A stretch of DNA of 12,712 nt from Gemmatimonadota bacterium (GTDB lineage: Bacteria > Gemmatimonadota > Gemmatimonadetes > Palauibacterales > Palauibacteraceae): contig JBHIAV010000065.1 in NCBI GenBank assembly GCA_046758745.1, positions 1 to 12,712 of the forward strand, read 5' to 3'. Below, in pieces: positions 7,861 through 12,712 of this stretch; within the stretch, counting starts at the first letter, position 1; the number at the start of each line of letters is the position of its first letter. A model generated the notes under the pieces. The model saw only the letters and a list, made by a program, of their open reading frames with translations. It ran no database searches and was not told the DNA's origin. The position numbers were made by a program, and so were the translations under genes.

Positions 7861-8649
7861 CTACCCGCGCAGCTTTCTGAGCTGTTCGCGCGCCGGGCCG
7901 GCCTCATCCGAGTCAGGATAACCGCGGACGACACGATCGAAGAAGGAGCGCGCGTCGTCCGTGTTCCCGCGGCGCAGCTCGATCAAGCCGCTCTTGTAGA
8001 GCGCTGCCGGCGCCCGTCGGGAGTTGGGATAGAGCTCCAGAACCCGTGCGTACTCGCGAAGCGCCGTTTCCGGCTCGTCCGTACCGGCGTACGTCTCCGC
8101 CAGGAAGTACTGGGCGTCCGGCGCCAGCTCATCGTTCGGGTACTGGCGCAAGAACTCCTCAAGACCGGTCCGGGCGGTTTCGTGCGAGCCACGGCGAAAC
8201 TGGCGGAGAGCCGCTTCGTACAGGCCCTGTGGAGCCCCCGACGGGCCGCCGCCCACCTCTCGGTCGCCCGGGGCCGGCCGACCGGCCGCTCCCTCGTCGC
8301 CGCCCGTGGCGGCGCCGACCGGCCGGGCTCGCCCGCCCTCATCCATCTCGGCAAACCGCCTCTGCACCTGTCCGGTCAGCTCGATGAGCTGGGCGAGAGA
8401 GCCGTTCAGGTCGTCGATCTGTCGCTGGAGCTCCACGAGGCCGGACCGTCCCCGTCGCTCCTGCTCGGCGAGGCTGTCCAGGAGGGCCGGCCTCAGCCCG
8501 GCGATCTGGCCGGCCAGGCTGTCCTGCTGGGCGCGGAGCGACTGGAACTCCGCGAGCATGACGGACCGCAGGTCGACTACGTCGCTCTTGGTCGCGCAGC
8601 CCGCGCCCAGCAGACTAGCGAGAAGGACGGAAGCGGCTCTACGCCTCAA
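7861..8649 (-). CDS. cpoB: Tol-Pal system protein CpoB/YbgF, predicted lipoprotein
   Basis: N-terminal coiled coil, Gly-rich linker and three TPRs (YPNDELAPDAQYFLAE, YPNSRRAPAALYKSG, YPDSDEAGPA); lies directly after pal. I moved the start from 8700 to the TTG at 8649, which overlaps the pal stop (TTGA) and gives MRRRAASVLLASLLGAG/C with a lipobox. Confidence 0.9.
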   Translation of the reverse strand: MRRRAASVLLASLLGAGCATKSDVVDLRSVMLAEFQSLRAQQDSLAGQIAGLRPALLDSLAEQERRGRSGLVELQRQIDDLNGSLAQLIELTGQVQRRFAEMDEGGRARPVGAATGGDEGAAGRPAPGDREVGGGPSGAPQGLYEAALRQFRRGSHETARTGLEEFLRQYPNDELAPDAQYFLAETYAGTDEPETALREYARVLELYPNSRRAPAALYKSGLIELRRGNTDDARSFFDRVVRGYPDSDEAGPAREQLRKLRG

Positions 8650-9317
8650 AGGGCCCCGACGTTCTGGATGACGAACTCCGCGCGCCGGTTTTGGGCCCAC
8701 GCCGCCTCATTGCTCCCCTGCGCGATCGGCCGCTCTTCACCGAAACTCACGGTTCGGAACATGGACTCCGAGAGCCCGAGGCTGACGAGGTAACGCTTCG
8801 CCGACTCTGCTCGCCGCTGTCCGAGCGCTTGGTTGTACTCGAGGGAGCCTCGCTCGTCACAGTGCCCCTCGAGGGTGAGCATCAGGCTGGAGTAGCCCTT
8901 CAGCACCTCCGCCTTCCGCTGCAGGACGGCGGCCGCCTCGTCCGTGATGCGTGACCGGTCGAACTCGAAGTGGATCCGCTCCTGGATCGTGCGGATCGCA
9001 TCGATCTTGGCGAGCTGGGCGTCGGCCCCGTTCGCGCACGTGGTGCCCGGGTACTCGTTCTTCGCCTGCATGTACAGCGTGCGGGCGCGCTCGTAATTGC
9101 CTGCCGCCATGGCGGCCTCGGCATCTCGGCAGAGCTGGGCCGCCGCGGCCTCGCGCCGACGACGCTCCTCCTCCTCGCGGGCCAGTCGCTCGGCGGCGGT
9201 GTCGCGCACTACCGGCTCCGGCTGTGGCTCCGGCTCGGGTGGGGGGGGGCCGCCGCAGGCTGCGACCCCGGCAGTGATCAGCAAGAGCAGGCTTGCGGCA
9301 CGACCGTGAACACGCAT
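8646..9317 (-). CDS. pal: Peptidoglycan-associated lipoprotein Pal with an extra TPR-like insert
   Basis: Lipobox VAA/C and OmpA-like domain (IHFEFDRS, LEGHCDERGSLEYNQALGQRRA, VSFGEERP, AWAQNRRAEF). I moved the start from 9383 to the ATG at 9317, which has AAGGAG 7 nt upstream; product 223 aa. Confidence 0.95.
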   Translation of the reverse strand: MRVHGRAASLLLLITAGVAACGGPPPPEPEPQPEPVVRDTAAERLAREEEERRRREAAAAQLCRDAEAAMAAGNYERARTLYMQAKNEYPGTTCANGADAQLAKIDAIRTIQERIHFEFDRSRITDEAAAVLQRKAEVLKGYSSLMLTLEGHCDERGSLEYNQALGQRRAESAKRYLVSLGLSESMFRTVSFGEERPIAQGSNEAAWAQNRRAEFVIQNVGAL

Positions 9318-9412
9318 TTGGATGCTCCTTTCGCGCGTTTGCGAAGCCGACGGTACGGTGAAGGAGGTGTCTGGCATCGACACGGAGACTAAGGGCCTAT
9401 CCTGTTTTGGGC

Positions 9413-9441
9413 AACGTACATCATCCCCCGGAGCCTGCCAA
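9413..9441 (-). promoter_or_regulatory. Putative internal sigma70-type promoter for pal-cpoB
   Basis: Minus strand TTGGCA (9441-9436), 17-nt spacer, TACGTT (9418-9413), in the tolB-pal intergenic gap. Confidence 0.55.
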
Positions 9442-9456
9442 GCCGGCTCACCTCGC

Positions 9457-10818
9457 TCAGGGCCCGGCCGGGAGCGCGTCCGACCAGTCGGGGAGCTGGT
9501 CTACGCGCCCCCGCGTGAGCGTCCGTATCCGACCGCTCACCGTATCGAGGATGAGGAGCGCCCGTCCGCTGCTTCGCTCGGACGCAAAGACCAGGTGCCG
9601 GCCGTCCGGGGCCCAGCTCGGGTCCTCGTTGCTGCCCGTCGAGGTGAGCACGCGGCGATCGGAGCCGTCGGGGTTGACCGTGACGATCTGGAAGACCCGG
9701 TCGATCCATCCGTGGTAGGCGATCCTATCGCCCCGTGGCGACCAGTCCGGCGAGGTCGAATACCCCTCCTCCCCGAACACATAGCGGCTGATGATCCTGG
9801 CGGGCGTGCTGTTCACGTTCTGCACATACACCTGGGGCTGGCCGAGCGGGGTCGCGGTGAACGAGACGCGCCTGCCGTCGGGCGAGTAGCTGGGGTTCAA
9901 CGCGTCTCCCCCGCGGGTAACGGTCACGCGGCTCGCGCAGCACAGCGGGTCCGCCTGCATGTCGAAGAGCTCAGTGCGGCCGCCGACCGAGCGTGCCAGC
10001 AGGATCCGGCGCCCATCGGGGGAGTACACGGGCGTGATGTTGAGACCCGGCGCCGCCGATATCGTGCGGATGCGTCCGGTGGTAAGGTTCTTCTCGTACA
10101 CCGCCGGCTCGCCACTTATGTACGACACGTACAACAACCTGGTGCCGTCCGGCGAGAGCGCCGGAGAGTAGACGATGGAGTTGTCGTTGGTGAGGCGGCG
10201 CAAGTTGAACCCATCGCTATCGACGATGAAGATGTCCGACGCGCCGTCACCCAGCTTGCGGCGGAAGACAATCCTGGTCGCGGCGATCCCGGGGTCACCC
10301 GTGGCCCACTGCACGGCCGCGTCGGCCGCCGAATGCACGGCGAGCCGGAAGCTGGCCGACCCGCCGGCCGGGAGTGAGAAGGCCTGCACCTCCTTGAGCT
10401 CCCCGAACACGACGTCGTGCAAGGTGAGCCGGAGGACCGGGAAGCTCTCCGTGCCGGACAGGTCCGCCCTCAGCAGCCACACGGCGCCGAGCTGGTTCCA
10501 CAGCCCATAGTTCACCGGACCACCCGAGGGCATGTCCGACGGAACCGGAATGATCTCGAAACGATCGCTGTAGTCGAGATCGCGGCGCAGGATGGCCTCC
10601 AGGCTGTCCGCCATCTCCGCGAGGCCGTCCGGGCGCTCCACCGGCGTCATGACGAGGCCGGGTCGGAAGCCGGGGGTGTAGGTGATCCCCACCCGTACCT
10701 CGCTCGGGTCCTGTCCCGCCGCCCGCCCGGTCACCAGGCAGGCCAGAAGCCCGGCGAGTCCGACGGCTCGCAGAGCGCTCGACGTTCGCCGTGCAACCAC
10801 TTCCCGCCTCTCGCTCAC
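9457..10818 (-). CDS. tolB: Tol-Pal beta-propeller protein TolB
   Basis: TolB N-domain (ILRRDLDYSDRF, VHSAADAAVQWATGDPGIAATRIVF) and PD40 repeats (SPALSPDG, TPVYSPDG, NPSYSPDG, SPDWSPRG, DPSWAPDG, LPDWS). I moved the start from 10971 to the GTG at 10818, which has GGAGG 6 nt upstream and removes the overlap with tolA. Confidence 0.93.
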   Translation of the reverse strand: MSERREVVARRTSSALRAVGLAGLLACLVTGRAAGQDPSEVRVGITYTPGFRPGLVMTPVERPDGLAEMADSLEAILRRDLDYSDRFEIIPVPSDMPSGGPVNYGLWNQLGAVWLLRADLSGTESFPVLRLTLHDVVFGELKEVQAFSLPAGGSASFRLAVHSAADAAVQWATGDPGIAATRIVFRRKLGDGASDIFIVDSDGFNLRRLTNDNSIVYSPALSPDGTRLLYVSYISGEPAVYEKNLTTGRIRTISAAPGLNITPVYSPDGRRILLARSVGGRTELFDMQADPLCCASRVTVTRGGDALNPSYSPDGRRVSFTATPLGQPQVYVQNVNSTPARIISRYVFGEEGYSTSPDWSPRGDRIAYHGWIDRVFQIVTVNPDGSDRRVLTSTGSNEDPSWAPDGRHLVFASERSSGRALLILDTVSGRIRTLTRGRVDQLPDWSDALPAGP

Positions 10819-10834
10819 GCCAGCCCTCCGCCGA

Positions 10835-11503
10835 TCACAGCGATGCCGGATCGAAGAAGAAGCGGACCCGTAGCCGGTCGCGCGGATACCCGGCTGGCAA
10901 AGGCCCGAAGGCTCGATTCCGGCCCGCCGCCTCGATCGCGCCGCGGGCCTCCAAATCGAAGGCCGTGTCACCCGAGCGCTCCACCCACCCTATGTCGCTC
11001 ACCGAACCGTCCTTCTCGATCACGAAGACGACCTCCGAGCGAAGGCGCCGGCCGCCCGTCGGAGGCCGCCAGTACCGGTACACCTGGCGGATGATGTTGG
11101 CCATGTACGCGGGGAACGGGAAGACGGCCCCTTCGAGCTGGACATTCACCGCCTCCTCACCGGTCTCCGGGGCCCTCGCCGGCTCCTTGCTGGGCTTGAC
11201 CGGAGGCTTCTCCTCGACGACCGTCGGCACCTTCGTCTCTGGCTTTCGCTCCGGGGTCGGCTCCGGGGGGGGCGGTCGGTGCTCCTCCTCCGCCGCCTCG
11301 GCAGGACGCGGCCGAAGTCGCATCGGCGCCTGTTCCTCGGCGGCGGCCACCAGGCGCACGCGGTACGTCCGGACGGGAGGCAGGGCCGCCAGGGAAACGG
11401 GGGCACTGAGTAGAAGCACCCCGAGCGCACCGTGGAGCGCCAGGGAAGCCCCCACGGCTCCGGGCGGGAGCCGCCGATCGCCCCTCGTACGCGTCACCGG
11501 CAA
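10835..11503 (-). CDS. tolA: Short TolA/TonB-family energy transducer (TolA by position)
   Basis: Single TM with S-x3-H (SLALHGALGVLLL), Pro/Glu/Lys-rich linker, and a TonB/TolA C-terminal domain (YMANIIRQVYRYWRPP, FVIEKDGSV, SGDTAFDLEARGAI, FGPLP). Lies between tolR and tolB. Start is uncertain (TTG 11503 or GTG 11497). Confidence 0.8.
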   Translation of the reverse strand: MPVTRTRGDRRLPPGAVGASLALHGALGVLLLSAPVSLAALPPVRTYRVRLVAAAEEQAPMRLRPRPAEAAEEEHRPPPPEPTPERKPETKVPTVVEEKPPVKPSKEPARAPETGEEAVNVQLEGAVFPFPAYMANIIRQVYRYWRPPTGGRRLRSEVVFVIEKDGSVSDIGWVERSGDTAFDLEARGAIEAAGRNRAFGPLPAGYPRDRLRVRFFFDPASL

Positions 11504-11516
11504 GACGTCGAGCCCG

Positions 11517-11963
11517 CTACCGGCTCCGGTCCCGCCGCCTCGGCTCGGGCTGCGCGACCAGGCTGACCGCCTCGATCTCCGCCTCTTTCAATTTCCCGAT
11601 CACCCACAGCACCTCCCCGTACCCCACCTCGGCGTCCCCCTTCACGTACACCGTCGGACTGCCGCGCCGGGCGATGACCTGCGCCACCGAAGCCTCGAAC
11701 TCCTCACGGGTCACGGCGGCATCGTCCAGGTAGATCTGACCCTCCCGATCGATCGACACCACCACACCTTCGCTGACCTGGAGCGGCGCGGCGGGCGCCT
11801 TGGGGACCGCGATCTCCACTCCGCCCTGCAGGATCGGGGCGGTGATCATGAAGATGACCAGTAGGGTGAAGGCCACGTCCACCAGGCTGGTGACGTTGAT
11901 CTCCGCCCGCACGGGTATACCGCGCCACTGATCCGACATGAGCCCGCCCGTCCTTCCGATCAT
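11517..11963 (-). CDS. tolR: TolR/ExbD family motor subunit
   Basis: AEINVTSLVDVAFTLLVIFMITAP with the conserved TM Asp, and VYVKGDAEVGYGEV. ATGA overlap with tolQ; an alternative start is at 11939. Confidence 0.93.
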   Translation of the reverse strand: MIGRTGGLMSDQWRGIPVRAEINVTSLVDVAFTLLVIFMITAPILQGGVEIAVPKAPAAPLQVSEGVVVSIDREGQIYLDDAAVTREEFEASVAQVIARRGSPTVYVKGDAEVGYGEVLWVIGKLKEAEIEAVSLVAQPEPRRRDRSR

Positions 11964-12694
11964 ACCCTCCCCTCCCGGGCCAGCGTTCCGATGAACTCGC
12001 TCGCGAAGCCCTCGAGCTCGCTGGTGAACAGGCCCAGCTTCGCGGCGTAATGGTTATACGCTATCACCGCGGGGATGGCGACGGCCAGACCGACCACGGT
12101 GGTCACGAGGGCTTCGGCGATCCCGGGCGCCACGGCGGCTATGTTGGCGGTCCCCTGCGCCGTGATCCCGATGAAGGAGTTCATCACGCCGACCACGGTG
12201 CCCATTAGACCGAGGAGCGGGCTGACGGAGCCGATGATGGCGAGCCACGGAAGTCCATGGGCCAGCTCGTCACGCTCCTCAGCCAGCTCCTTCTCGAGCA
12301 CCAGTCGCAGCGTGTCGAGCTGCGCGGATGTGAGACCGGCCGAGGCAACCGGGTCGTCGCGCAGCGCCGTCGGCCGGAGCTCCGTGAAGAAGTTGACACC
12401 CTGTCGGAACACCCGCGTGTACGGAGAGTCCGCGAGCCGCGCCAGCATCTGATACACCTCCCGCAGGCCGGTGGCGCTTTCTATCCCCTCGACGAAAACG
12501 TCCCCGCTCCGCTTGACGCGCCGGAACTCCGACCACTTCCAGAAGATGAGCACCCAGGAGAGCAGCGAGAAGGCCGCGAGGACGATGAGGATAACGCGGG
12601 TGGTCGGGGTGGCCTGGAGGACGAGGCCCCACGGGCTGGAGGCGATCGGCTCTTGCGCCGCCGCAAGCGCGAGGAAACTCGATGCCGGCGTCAT
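11960..12694 (-). CDS. tolQ: TolQ (MotA/TolQ/ExbB proton-channel family)
   Basis: Three TMs; LAIIGSVSPLLGLMGTVVGVMNSF and VAPGIAEALVTTVVGLAVAIPAVIAYN; first gene of the tol-pal order. Confidence 0.95.
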   Translation of the reverse strand: MTPASSFLALAAAQEPIASSPWGLVLQATPTTRVILIVLAAFSLLSWVLIFWKWSEFRRVKRSGDVFVEGIESATGLREVYQMLARLADSPYTRVFRQGVNFFTELRPTALRDDPVASAGLTSAQLDTLRLVLEKELAEERDELAHGLPWLAIIGSVSPLLGLMGTVVGVMNSFIGITAQGTANIAAVAPGIAEALVTTVVGLAVAIPAVIAYNHYAAKLGLFTSELEGFASEFIGTLAREGRV

Positions 12695-12712
12695 CGGAGC
12701 GAACCCGCTAGG

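Noticed and set aside
9361-9369. Perfect plus-strand Shine-Dalgarno AAGGAGGTG for an antisense gene
   Set aside because: No ATG, GTG or TTG at suitable spacing downstream; better read as an anti-SD in the pal leader.
10760-10818. Twin-arginine (Tat) signal on TolB (SERREVV / ARRTSS), given the nearby tatC
   Set aside because: Poor match to S/T-R-R-x-F-L; Arg pairs are common in GC-rich genomes, and TolB is normally Sec-exported.
8650-10971. ORF-track starts for cpoB (8700), pal (9383) and tolB (10971)
   Set aside because: They create long overlaps or bury the signal peptides. Downstream starts at 8649, 9317 and 10818 have an RBS or a coupling overlap and give proper signal peptides.
1-12712. 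tRNA/rRNA genes, CRISPR arrays, IS or prophage elements, defence systems
   Set aside because: No cloverleaf or T-loop motifs in the intergenic gaps, no spaced direct repeats, no transposase, integrase or nuclease motifs, and composition looks uniform.

Overview
This GC-rich bacterial window is read almost entirely on the minus strand and looks like conserved cell-envelope core genome; Gemmatimonadota is my guess from protein style and gene order, not something the sequence proves. It holds a complete tol-pal cluster (tolQ-tolR-tolA-tolB-pal-cpoB), followed in the same direction by nrdR, a stand-alone tatC and a large LptD-family gene. After a 412-bp intergenic region comes a 986-aa TPR protein resembling Myxococcus SgmX, converging on a plus-strand intrinsic terminator at the left edge. 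I found no mobile elements, CRISPR arrays, tRNA or rRNA, and no clearly new multi-gene system. The best leads lie inside genes: (1) Pal carries an inserted, Cys-flanked, CpoB-like TPR unit; (2) the SgmX-like protein has three copies of a 44-aa C-terminal-type module plus a second internal duplication; (3) pal has a putative internal promoter and a 5' UTR that could sequester its own RBS; (4) LptD has only one Cys and many D-S/T-hydrophobic motifs. All family assignments come from motif recognition by eye, with no database searches.
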